A stretch of 62,000 nt of DNA from Wallemia ichthyophaga EXF-994 (GCF_000400465.1 NW_008806275.1:249656-311655), one strand, 5' to 3'; positions 1 through 11,122 are shown, numbered from the stretch's first letter. A program made the numbers and translations. The notes: a model not told the origin generated them from the sequence alone.

Positions 1-412
1 TTCGGCTGCTGGCTCGCAACTTTCTTTCTAAAAGCCTGGGCTTGAGCTTGCAATGACCTATTAAGGGCATCAATAAACCAATTTAATATGTATCTCGTTG
101 CTGTTAGATTTACATTTCTGCCAAAGATGATGATAGTCGAGGTGAAAGGGAGATAAGGCAGGGGTGGTTGGTTGATTACTGGATAGATTTATTTGGTCTA
201 CAGAATTTGAGTAGATGTCAGATTATTGAGGCCAACATTCATCTCTTACTCATCCACAGCCTTTGTCTTCCTCCTCTACGGCCACCACTACCACCCACTC
301 ATCCAGTCAGAATCAAATTGAAATTGTCCGTGTGGTTATACAATACACATTTGTTAATTTAGAGAATCATTTTGTTCATTGGGATTTTAAGCGAGCGTGT
401 CCAACTGCTGTT

Positions 413-898
413 TCAATTGAAAAGACATGGATCGTATTTGCCAGAGGCGATAAACTTCTCCTTCTCCTCAGGAGTGTATCCACACTTGTCCTTTTGGACC
501 TGGCTTCCTTTCTCCTTGTTTCCACTTTCTGGCTCCTTTGGTGATTCTTTTTGATTTTCCTCTGGTTGCTTTGCTGGTGTTTCTTTTTTATTATCCTCTG
601 GCTGCTTGGATGGCTCAGATGATTCCTTGTTTTCATTACCTTCCTTCTTGCCTTCTTCTGGCTGCTTTGATTCGCCCTTGCTCTCCCCGTTGTTTGGGTA
701 GTTACCGGCACCCCAAAGGTCTTCGATCCACTGACCGCTTTGAATAGCTTTGTCAAGAGATCCGTTTTGGTCAGCACCACGCTTGACCTGGACATTGGTG
801 AGCACGCTTTTGCTTATTATTCAACATATACTCACCTCCATCTTGGCGGATGCGAGGACCGTTACTGCGAGAAGACCGACAATGTAAGTTAATTTCAT
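413..898 (-). CDS. Small secreted protein with KR site and two copies of the SGx(Y/W)xxxL(W/F) motif (cluster gene 1)
   Basis: ATG at 898: MKLTYIVGLLAVTVLASAKME (signal-peptide-like), GTGAGT...CAG intron, then VKRGADQNGSLDKAIQSGQWIEDLWGAGNY...KCGYTPEEKEKFIASGKYDPCLFN*. Confidence 0.75.
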
Positions 899-1222
899 TG
901 CTCGATTGTAGTTGTAAGTAGAAGAGCAGTGGAAACTGATCTCCTTTAAATAGCTTAATATTTGGTAGATGCCGATTTTTTGTGGGATTTAATTTCCTTA
1001 GCCTTCCTTTTTTGGTTATCCGGCGAATTGAAGTATGTCTCACAAGACTAGATGCGTTCATACCTACCAGTATGGTAAGAGTTCTGCACAGCTGCGCCAC
1101 TGAGCAGTTGCTATTAAAGTTTAAGATAAGCTTTTAATAAAGTGTCTCTGCATCAATGTTTCAAAGGTAGCGTGAAAATATTAATGAAACGCAGTACGTT
1201 CTACAATGGTATGCGATGGTAT

Positions 1223-2651
1223 TTAGTGCTCTTCGTTGTGCATGTCTTTCTCGTCATGCTTGTTTTCCTTGTGGTCATCGTGCTCGTGTTTGTCGTCGTG
1301 GTGCTTGTGTTCACCTTTGTGTTCGCCCTTGTGGTTGATTGCCTCCTCGGAGTAGAGCTCTGGGTAGTACTCGCCGCTTGAATTGAGCTCTTTCTCCTCT
1401 TCGTGGGTCAAATGGTGGAAGTCAATGCGACCATCGTGCTGTACTGTGTGAGATAGTAAAGGTACTCAGACGCGCTACTAACCTCATCTCTGGTATGGAG
1501 AGATCTCTTGCCAGCGCCAAAACCTCTAGCACCAGCACCTCTGCTTTCGTGGTGTTTATGTTCATCGTGGCCGTGGTGCTTGTGTTCGCCCTTGTGGTTG
1601 ATAGCCTCCTCGGAGTAGAGCTCTGGGTAGTACTCGCCGCTTGAATTGAGCTCTTTCTCCTCATCGTGGGTCAAGTGGTGGAAGTCAATGCGACCATCGT
1701 GCTGTACTGTGTGAGATAGTAAAGGTACTCAGACGCGCTACTAACCTCATCTCTGGTATGGAGAGATCTCTTGCCAGCGCCAAAACCTCTAGCACCAGCA
1801 CCTCTGCTTTCGTGGTGTTTATGTTCATCGTGGCCGTGGTGCTTGTGTTCGCCCTTGTGGTTGATTGCCTCCTCAGAGTAGAGCTCTGGGTAGTACTCGC
1901 CGCTTGAATTGAGCTCTTTCTCCTCATCGTGGGTCAAGTGGTGGAAGTCAATGCGACCATCGTGCTGTACTGTGTGAGATAGTAAAGGTACTCAGACGCG
2001 CTACTAACCTCATCTCTGGTATGGAGAGATCTCTTGCCAGCGCCAAAACCTCTAGCACCAGCACCTCTGCTTTCGTGGTGTTTATGTTCATCGTGGCCGT
2101 GGTGCTTGTGTTCGCCCTTGTGGTTGATTGCCTCCTCAGAGTAGAGCTCTGGGTAGTACTCGCCGCTTGAATTGAGCTCTTTCTCCTCATCGTGGGTCAA
2201 GTGGTGGAAGTCAATGCGACCATCGTGCTGTACTGTGTGAGATAGTAAAGGTACTCAGACGCGCTACTAACCTCATCTCTGGTATGGAGAGATCTCTTGC
2301 CAGCGCCAAAACCTCTAGCACCAGCACCTCTGCTTTCGTGGTGTTTATGTTCATCGTGGCCGTGGTGCTTGTGTTCGCCCTTGTGGTTGATTGCCTCCTC
2401 AGAGTAGAGCTCTGGGTAGTACTCGCCGCTTGAATTGAGCTCTTTCTCCTCATCGTGGGTCAAGTGGTGGAAGTCAATGCGACCATCGTGCTGTACTGTG
2501 TGAGAGTCTAAAGACAAACAGCATAACAACCTACTTTATCTCTAACACGGAGAGCTCTCTTGCCGGCACCAAAACCTCTGACATCAAGAGGAGCAGCCGT
2601 AGAAACGGAGAGGACGGCAGCGACGACGAGGAGAGCGATTGATGATCTCAT
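1223..2651 (-). CDS. Secreted His-rich Kex2-processed repeat protein (cluster gene 2), ~402 aa, five 44-nt introns
   Basis: MRSSIALLVVAAVLSVSTAAPLDVRGFGAGKR leader. Removing 44-nt GT..AG introns at 2491-2534, 2228-2271, 1965-2008, 1702-1745 and 1439-1482 gives one frame with 4 x 73-aa units (HDGRIDFHHLTHDEEKELNSSGEYYPELYSEEAINHKGEHKHHGHDEHKHHESRGAGARGFGAGKRSLHTRDE) plus a variant terminal unit. Confidence 0.85.
1320..2510. repeat. 263-bp tandem repeat (~4.5 units; 219 nt exon + 44 nt intron)
   Basis: Same sequence recurs at 1409, 1672, 1935, 2198 and 2461; only a few substitutions seen between internal units (synonymous in the cases checked). Confidence 0.95.
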
Positions 2652-3037
2652 TGTTGCACGGTGTGTTGTGTTGTAGTATGAAAAGAAGCTTAAAATCCTA
2701 TTTAACTTGCTCGTGCATTCCCCACATTTTAGCGTCAAACTAATTTTTTTCATCTTCAAACATGCATGACTTGAGAGGTATGAATGTCTATCTACATCAT
2801 ATATTGTAGTCAGTTCATGAGATATCAATCAGTGAAAGTAAAGATCATATCGATTATGTCTTGAGGAATTCCAAACCGGTAGAGAACATTCTTAAGTTTA
2901 GAGAATAAAATTTATTAAGGATGCTTAGTACAAATACTCCAATTTAATTCAGTGTGTTGAGTGATCAAGAATGCGAGAAGAGACGAGTGAGAATTGAAGA
3001 AGTCAAGACATCTACCATTGTCCATAACCTATTAAGC

Positions 3038-5250
3038 TTATTGTTGTTGCTGCTGCTGAATTCTTTCCCGTTGGGTTTGGATAGATTGCTGGAGCTGCTC
3101 TTGCTGGTATTGTTGTTGCTCCTTCTCCCAAGCAGTTTCTCTCTTCCATTGAGCTTGACCTTGACCTTTGCCGTGTTCGTAGTTCTCTTCACCCCATAAG
3201 CATTCGAGGTATTGACCAGATTGGACAGCGTGTTCAATCTCTTCATGGCTCATGTGGCAGTGGTTATCGCCATGACCGCCTTTCTCGCCGTGACCATGCT
3301 CGCGACCATGTTCTTCACCGTGGCCGTGGTCGTGACCGTGACCATGCTTTTGCTCTTGCTCATGTCTCTTCCATTGACCTTGAACTTGACCTTGACCTTG
3401 AACTTGACCTTGACCTTGAACTTGACCTTGACCTTGAACTTGACCTTGACCTTGAACTTGACCTTGACCTTGAACTTGACCTTGACCTTGAACTTGACCT
3501 TGACCTTGAACTTGACCTTGACCTTGAACTTGACCTTGACCTTGAACTTGACCTTGACCTTGAACTTGACCTTGACCTTGAACTTGACCTTGACCTTGAA
3601 CTTGACCTTGACCTTGAACTTGACCTTGACCTTGAACTACCTTGCTCGTGACCATCGCCACGCTTGTGGTGATCATGGTGATCATCGCCTTGGTGAGCTT
3701 GCTGGTGTTCTTGTTGTTGGATACGTTCACGTTGGGTTTGGATAGATTGCTGGAGCTGCTCTTGCTGGTATTGTTGTTGCTCCTTCTCCCAAGCAGTTTC
3801 TCTCTTCCATTGAGCTTGACCTTGACCTTTGCCGTGTTCGTAGTTCTCTTCACCCCATAAGCATTCGAGGTATTGACCAGATTGGACAGCGTGTTCAATC
3901 TCTTCATGGCTCATGTGGCAGTGGTTATCGCCATGACCGCCTTTCTCACCGTGACCGTGTGTGTCACCATGCTCGCGACCGTGACCTTGCTCGTGACCAT
4001 CGCCACGCTTGTGGTGATCATGGTGATCATCGCCTTGGTGAGCTTGCTGGTGTTCTTGTTGTTGGATACGTTCACGTTGGGTTTGGATAGATTGCTGGAG
4101 CTGCTCTTGCTGGTATTGTTGTTGCTCCTTCTCCCAAGCAGTTTCTCTCTTCCATTGAGCTTGACCTTGACCTTTGCCGTGTTCGTAGTTCTCTTCACCC
4201 CATAAGCACTCGAGGTATTGACCAGATTGGACGGCGTGTTCAATCTCTTCATGGCTCATGTGGCAGTGGTTATCGCCATGACCGCCTTTCTCGCCGTGAC
4301 CATGCTCGCGACCATGTTCTTCACCGTGGCCGTAGTCGTGACCATGACCCTCAACTTGCTCGTGACCGTGACCACCGCCGCGTTTGTGGTGATCATGATG
4401 ATCATCGCCTTGGTGAGCTTGCTGTTGTTGCTGCTGCTGAATTCTTTCACGTTGGGTTTGGATAGATTGCTGGAGCTGCTCTTGCTGGTATTGTTGTTGC
4501 TCCTTCTCCCAAGCAGTTTCTCTCTTCCATTGAGCTTGACCTTGACCTTTGCCGTGTTCGTAGTTCTCTTCACCCCATAAGCATTCGAGGTATTGACCAG
4601 ATTGGACAGCGTGTTCAATCTCTTCATGGCTCATGTGGCAGTGGTTATCGCCATGACCGCCTTTCTCACCGTGACCGTGTTTGTCACCATGCTCGCGACC
4701 GTGGCCTTGCTCGTGTCTGTGCTCTTCACCGTGGCCATTTCCCTGTCCGAATCCTGAGCGTCTACCGTGCTCGCGATCCTCTTGCTCCTTCTTGTGCTCA
4801 ACGACGGCGTGCTTCTTTGCTTCAAAGTCATCTTGACGCTTGTGGTGGCCTTCGTGACCGCCGTGGACATCGGCTGCAGTGATTCTGTGACCGTGACCAT
4901 CTTCACCACCATGTGGACCAGCTGGTGATCCAATAGGGCCTCCGTGGCCGTGGAAAGGTGCCTTATTGCCCTGCTATAAGCGTGTTAGATGGTTGTGCAG
5001 ATAGTAAGACACCACCCACCATTTCGCCGTGGCCGTGTTGCTGCTCTTCGTGACGCTTTCCTTTAGCGCCCTTTGAAGGTGCAGCTTTGGTTGCTTTTCC
5101 GCCGCCTTTACCCATGTTCTCCATGCCTTGGAGTCCCTTGGTGAGCGGGTCGGTGACTTTCTGGATGAGGCCGCGTTGCTCAAGTGGAGCAGCTGTGGAG
5201 GCTGAGAGAATAGATGCGACGAGAGCGATGAGTGTGATTGAGAACCTCAT
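3038..5250 (-). CDS. Secreted His/Gly/Gln-rich Kex2-processed repeat protein (cluster gene 3), with an apparent frameshift or intron near 3640
   Basis: MRFSITLIALVASILSASTAAPLEQR leader, intron near 4970-5020, four copies of NHCHMSHEEIEHAVQSGQYLECLWGEENYEHGKGQGQAQWKR alternating with ETAWEKEQQQYQQEQLQQSIQTQRERIQQQ...HHDHHKR; TAA at 3038-3040. Confidence 0.8.
3374..3638. repeat. 18-bp minisatellite (cttgaccttgaccttgaa)n, ~14.5 units, inside cluster gene 3
   Basis: Perfect periodic tract; minus strand reads (VQGQGQ)n or (SSRSRS)n depending on frame. Confidence 0.95.
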
Positions 5251-5550
5251 TGTTTAGTTGTGTAGGAGAGATGTGAGTGATAGTGAATCAACGAGGACAG
5301 CAGCCAGCTTAAATAGCTAATCTTAGTTGACACATACCAGCTTCACATTTCTTGTTGAAATTCCAATCGCGCTGCGTTTCTTGATTTGACAGACATGGTG
5401 GTTGGAATGCAAGGGACGTGTGGCGGTGAGAAGGCGTGATGAGCAATAAGTCAGCAACAAAATCGTGGGTTTTACTGTCTCCACCTGGCTCACCACGCTC
5501 ACACCACTCAATCCCTTCCCCCGGTGTCACCAGATAACAGTGCTGCCTAA

Positions 5551-5566
5551 TGACGTAATGACGTAA
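5551..5566. promoter_or_regulatory. Tandem TGACGTAA (CRE/ATF-like) sites in the divergent promoter between cluster gene 3 and the SH3 gene
   Basis: tgacgtaa-tgacgtaa direct pair; function inferred from consensus only. Confidence 0.35.
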
Positions 5567-5721
5567 TGAGATATGCGCGACAAGGCATTTCATCCACCCC
5601 AACGGAAGGCATGAGGGGAAGTAGGCATGAGGGAGAGAATGCTGGTTACCAGAAACGATAAACCTGAGTTTTGAACGACGACGATAGGTTGGTCAGTAGA
5701 GTACAAAGCAATAACACAGCA

Positions 5722-6712
5722 ATGTCTTTACTTTCGAGAGCCGCTGAAATGCTACCAGTGAGTTTTGATCTGCTAAAAAGTACCGATTAGGCGTCTGACA
5801 AGTGGACATTAGAGCGCATTGTCAACGCCCTCAAACACATCAAACTCACCGCAACCACACAAACCCAATGACGGTATCACTAATGGCGTTATAGCGGCTG
5901 TGACTATCGCATCCGTTATCCTCGTCGCTGCACTGCTCGCTATCATCACCTACGTTATCCGCACACGCAGGGACATAATGGAAGAACGCAAGTCGACGCG
6001 TTTTGCCAATTCGGTCGGTAAGAGGAATGTCTCACCCACGCTTGAGAGTGCTAGGGCCAAGCTGCGTGAGAAGCTGTCGATAGATGTTCCAATAAGCAGA
6101 TCTAACACCACGTCTTCATTCGGCGACAAAGATAAAGATAAGGATGGCATCAGCGTTAGTGAAAGCTACGACGAAGAAGCAGATTTCGGCAACTGGAGGG
6201 AATCTGCACCACAACTGCTGCGTGGGTTTAGTAGCAACTCGGAGACCTACACGAAGCGTCAATCTACAGCACCTTCGGCAACCTCACCAATATCACCATT
6301 CTCAGAGAAGAAGACTGGTTCATTCATTTTCCCGCCAATGCCATCGACACCGACATACATTGACGATCTACCTCAATCACCACTTGAAAGCCCCACGGCA
6401 GACGTCCGCACGGTGAAACTGGCATTCATGCCGACCATGTCGGACGAGATAGCAGTGGTGACGGGCGACACAGTACTCCTTCTCAAAGAGTGGGACGACG
6501 GGTGGGCATACGTTGTCAAGCTGAATAAGGAGGGCGAATTCAAAGAAGAGGGAGTAATCCCGCTCGAAAGCCTAGTCGACAACTCACCACAGTCGCGTAA
6601 CTTTGCACAAAGTGTTAAGCAGATACCCTCGAGAATGTCGCTGGTCAAACCATCTAAATCGAGCATTGGCTCGCGCAGAAGCGGCGTGAGGAACAGCAGC
6701 ATTAGGGTATGA
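5722..6712 (+). CDS. Single-pass membrane protein with C-terminal SH3 domain (Fus1-like architecture)
   Basis: ATG 5722 plus one intron joins the ORF; TM GVIAAVTIASVILVAALLAIITYVI then RTRR; SH3 motif AFMPTMSDEIAVVTGDTVLLLKEWDDGWAY...GVIPLESL. Confidence 0.75.
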
Positions 6713-6962
6713 ATGTTAGTCAGCAAGCACATTACCAACAAAATGGACACTACTAAGATATCACTCTCACTTGATCCCTGGAGGAACCTCTATCTCTTCT
6801 ATATTCAATCTCACTGGCCTTTTCTACACCGACTAATACACTCCACGTTCGTTTAATTTCGTTGTATCATATGCGAATAACATTTATACTTTGTGATGAA
6901 TGACGAGTGATTGAGTGATATAAGTTGAGTTGAGTTGATTTTCAAGATGAATGCAAAATCCA

Positions 6963-7912
6963 CTAGTTAGATTCGAGTAAAAAGACACTAGTGGCGACGT
7001 TTTGAATGCTAAGAGGGTCGCTTGACTGTGTGGGCTGATAAGTGGGGTAAACGACGAGGCCATCGTCGCTGAGGCGCCAGTTGAGTTTTTTGAGGACTGT
7101 AGCGGGGATTGGTTGAGTGAGTGAATAAGTGAGTGCACAAAGCAAAAACTCACCACCGACGAGCTCTTTCTGCCCCACAAACCATCCAACACTCTCACCG
7201 ACCGTGGTCAAAGGCAGAGCTGAGCAAGTTTTAGCCAAAACGTTCAAAATTCTCGAGAAAGTGGAATCCTGCAATGCTCCTACCGCGTCGGCAAAGACGC
7301 GCGTAGTAGACTCGTTGATGAGTGGTGCATAGCCATCCACTTTCACTTCCATCTCTTTCTTCAACTGAGACAATGCCTTGAGCGCGTCTGTGTAGCATCT
7401 GGCGGAGTAGTGATGCGCAACGATGCGGAGCCCTTCGATTGCCCCCGCTTTTTGCGCAGACGGTGAAGCAGGTGCTGGGCATCTATCCAAAGTATTCAGC
7501 GCCACTGGACTGTGTGCAACTTGAGAATCAAGGATTTCGCGCTACAAAACACGAAGACTCACACTTCACTCTCTGCCATAAGTTGAGCTAGTGCCCCAAA
7601 TGCATGAACGCCTTCCCACAGTGCATCTTGGGCGGATACAGCGTATACAGTCTCTATTGTGAATGCTGCATGGGAGAGTGCACCCCAGTGGGAATGGCGC
7701 GCTAGATCGAGCAGCGAAGCGAACGGTGAAGCCAGTGGACTATCCTCAGTAATGTTGTTTCCAGTCCCACTACCACCCACGGGAGATGGCGCAGCAGGTG
7801 TCACTGGCCCTGCTTCAAGAGGCGACTGCTGCGGCGAGTTGGCGCGTGAGAGCGCAGGCGTCGGCGGAATTAACCCGGGTACAGTTGTAGCTGATATCTC
7901 TGTGTCGTCCAT
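6963..7912 (-). CDS. PCI-domain protein, COP9 signalosome subunit 8 (CSN8/PSD8/eIF3K)-like
   Basis: Exons joined via GTGAGT...CAG introns; C-terminal FSRILNVLAKTCSAL...NWRLSDDGLVVYP...VATSVFLLES resembles CSN8 family. Confidence 0.5.
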
Positions 7913-8055
7913 TATCTTTTTTTGGTTTGTGCAATGATGGGTGTTTGTGATAACGAGATAGATGGCGCAATGACATGATGAGACGATAACGATAACGCAG
8001 TAATGCAAGTGCAGTCTATCAATGCTATCTAATAAAGTTACAATTAAAGTATTCA

Positions 8056-9936
8056 TCACAACACAACGGGCCGTTCAACCTCTTTAAGCCACTCATCCCA
8101 TGCTCTACCTGGGCCTTCTGTGATGATAGACAATTTTCCATTCAGCCACCTATGTACGCGCTCTTGGTCGTGTTTTTCCGCGTCCTCATCGAGTACACTC
8201 AAGTCGCCGTGCTCGCCATGCAGAGAAAGGATGGACCACCCGACGACAATCATCCCAGGAGGGCGTTGATCGCCAGCGCCTTCATAAGCCTTAACTATCC
8301 CGTCCAGTGTGCTCATCACGACGCGCTGCGACGGTGACGAAGCCTGCTCGATTACAGCTACGGGTACGAAAGGCGGGTAACTGAGCTGAGCGAGGCTTTC
8401 GACCAGCTCCCGCAATCTCGCTACGCCCATGAGGATAGTCAGTGTGCGAGCGCGCGCGTATTCCGGCACACTCAGCACCCGACCTCCTCTTCCGACGCCC
8501 GTGCACAGCAGAAACGAGTCAGAAGCCCCGCGCTGTGTCACCGGTATGCCACCCATAAGCGGCGCCGCCATGGCGGACGAAAGGCCGGGTACTACCACTG
8601 CCTCGTAGCCTTCGCGACGGAAATGAATCACTTCCTCTCCTCCTCGCCCGTAGACGAATGGGTCGCCCTGCTTTACTGCTGAATGTTAGTAGGTGGCTTT
8701 GGATGCAATTGGGATGGTACACTCACACCGCACTACGACTTGGCCAGATCGAGCTCCGTCAACGGCCCACTGCATGAGCTCCGCCTGGGCTCCCTCAGCA
8801 TTACCTGGAAATTTGCGTGCGATGCGCACCTCTGTCGACTGCGGAACTACCTTGAGCACAGCTGCGGGGACAAGCTTGTCGGAGAGAACTAGGTCGGCTG
8901 TCTTGAGTGCGCGGTAGGCAGCTATTGTGAGAAGCTCTGGCGAGCCAAGACCTGCGCCTACGAGTACAATGTGGCCTTTGCGCGGTTTGGGTGATTGAGG
9001 GGGTGCTAGTGATAGCGCGTGTCTATCGTGTGGAGGTGGAAGGGGCCACTGAGGGACAAATTCCGTCTTGGGAGTGCGCGGCTGGTGAGGCTCCCCGTAA
9101 GCGTCAAGTAAACTGTCTATATCAGCCTCATCCATCTTGGCGAGATGTTCAAGTGGCCAGTACTCAGAAATCTGTGCGACCCAGCGCATTCTCCGCAGAG
9201 CTTTATCGGAGGCATGTTCAGTGGTATTATCCCGACTCAACTGAGGCACGGCTGCGTTGAGATTGTCGAAATCAGCCAATTCTTCACTCAGACTGGATTG
9301 CGACGTTGTTCGCTCGAGTTTCATCCGGGAGAGGTATCGCTTGGCACGGGAACGGAGGAGACCAATGTTGTGTACAGCTGAGCCAATATTTTTAGGGAGG
9401 AGAGCAATAGTCTCGCGCTTAATACGAGAAGCGAGTCTGCAGCCCTTGGAGTTTGTTGTAACGGCGAGCTGGAGCGGAGAAGGAGAGCCATCAGGGAGGC
9501 TGAATCTGTGCGAAGTAGGAAAAGAGAAGTCACAGAGAAGAGGATGATCGGTTACGTTGATTGGGATGTTGAGTGAGTGTGATAACTGGACGAGTGAGTG
9601 GATTGAAGGTGAATTGTCGTGGCTATCGTTGATGCCACAGTCCGTTATAGTGGCTATAGTGGTGGATGTGCGTGTACAGCAGCTTCTAAAGGCCGCCTCA
9701 AGCTGAGAATGGCTTGTGGCTGTTAAATACTCAATTTGATCAGCAGAAACACGAAATTTGATCTCATCGCAGGCAGAATCTAATCCACAGCCAATCACAA
9801 CGACGTTACATCCAGCGTCTAATCCAGCGAAAGATCTCGACGCAGCCAATGAGTTGTGACCGATGACAATGAGAGATTTATTGGTAGAATTGAGTGCGAT
9901 TAAGAGAGATCCATGGCCAGCGGGTGATTTGTACAT
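8056..9936 (-). CDS. MET1: Siroheme synthase / uroporphyrinogen-III C-methyltransferase (Met8-like N-terminus + Met1 domain)
   Basis: GHIVLVGAGLGSPELLT...ADLVLSDKLV...VVR, GDPFVYGRGGEE, VVPGLSS, LTILMGV motifs; N-terminal dehydrogenase/ferrochelatase-like region with LAVTTNSKGCRLASRIKRE. Confidence 0.9.
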
Positions 9937-10033
9937 GCCCAAGTACAGCAATTTGATGATGAACGTTGGTGATCAACCGACAGCCACAGCCATTACCTTA
10001 TCTTCGAACCACCAAGGCTCATTCAACAAGGAA

Positions 10034-11122
10034 ATGAGAAAATGTTGTACAAGCAACGTTTGCTGCTGTGGTGGGTGATATACGCGTCTAAAATATACAT
10101 TCCAATGAAGCACAGCAATTCCAATGGTTAACATCGGCGTATACGCAATGCTATTCGAGTTTATAGTGCGGTGATCAGCAGACTTTTCAGAACAAACTGT
10201 AACTCCCCACCAGATCCTTGGTCTTGCCACTGCTATCGTTACTTTCGCTACCCAGCGAGGTCGGTGCACTGCAATAAACTGCGCAATCACTGACGCAATC
10301 CCCAGTGATGGCTGCGACTGCAATCCCTGAATGGCCTTCTTACATTCTCGGTGTTCTATGTCTCCTTGTTGTCGTCATCCAGCCCATCGGCTTCATTGGC
10401 GTGTTCAAGGAGAAGTTCAGGCTTTTCCGCCGCTTCCATTGGTTAAACACTGCTTTAACGTTAGTTGGGGTGTTTGCTTGAGGTGCTCCACTCACTCTAC
10501 ATCTAGCCTCGCTGCATTTGCCTGCGCCCTCGCTATTATCATCGCTATCGCTGCTAAGCAGAGCGACGCCGTAAGCCAGTGTAGGTAGTATGAATCTAAC
10601 TATCTACTATCTAATCCATTTCAGGCCAATCCGATTACTACCCACCCTTCCCCCAGGCTTCCTTCTCCTTATCACAGTATTCAGACGACATTTGCAATAT
10701 TCTTTCATGGGTTGATGTCGGCTTGATGGGTCTTATCTGGCTAATTATGATTCTCGTACAGGTGCGTACAATGTCATTATTACAGATTTATACTCATCCA
10801 CACTCCTCCTCAGGGCTATTTCCTCTTCATCCAACGCCGGTACTCCTCAGCTCAGCGCAGTGACCATAGCAAATACGAATCGCTTTACAACGCCCCGGAC
10901 AACTACATGATGGCCACGCGCGAGAATGCCTGGGACGCGCGCAACTCCAACGACGCATACGCCCTCCAAAGTCTACCCTCGCACAAGCACTCTTACACCC
11001 CCACTTCCACTCACTCTCCACCACCTCAAGAGAGCCACCAAGCATACAACGCATACGACTCATATTCCCCTCATTACGCCGACAAACCAACTCCTCCGCT
11101 GCCATATGGTGCGCGTGAGTAG
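10034..11122 (+). CDS. Four-TM (tetraspanin-like) membrane protein of a conserved basidiomycete family
   Basis: Spliced model: MRKCCTSNVCCCAIPMVNIGVY...LGVLCLLVVVIQPIGFIGVFKEK...WVDVGLMGLIWLIMILVQGYFLFIQRRYSSAQRSDHSKY; canonical short introns. Confidence 0.65.

Noticed and set aside
1-60. Possible coding exon on the minus strand (SLQAQAQAFRKKVASQQP) running off the window
   Set aside because: Too short, and no upstream exon or start could be linked with confidence.
1320-2510. CRISPR-like array
   Set aside because: Whole 263-bp units repeat with no unique spacers; fully explained as coding exon + intron repeats in a eukaryote.
3360-3640. SR-type splicing-factor domain (SSRSRS)n
   Set aside because: It is one reading of the 18-bp minisatellite within a secreted protein; no RRM is present, and the GQ frame matches the GQGQAQW motif elsewhere in the gene.
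3212-4580. Plus-strand hydrophobic ORFs (LTLNLT repeats, poly-Leu) and the 80-aa Ser/Thr ORFs at 1422-2453
   Set aside because: Antisense or alternate-frame shadows of the repeat genes; no independent start or splice support.
413-5722. Dikaritin/ustiloxin-type RiPP cluster around the KR-repeat precursors
   Set aside because: No DUF3328/UstYa oxidase, tyrosinase or other tailoring gene is visible in the window, and the repeat units are long (45-75 aa). Sequence left of position 1 cannot be assessed.
8056-9936. Met8-like/Met1 fusion as a novelty
   Set aside because: CysG-like architecture is known from bacteria and, to my knowledge, common in non-Saccharomyces fungi.
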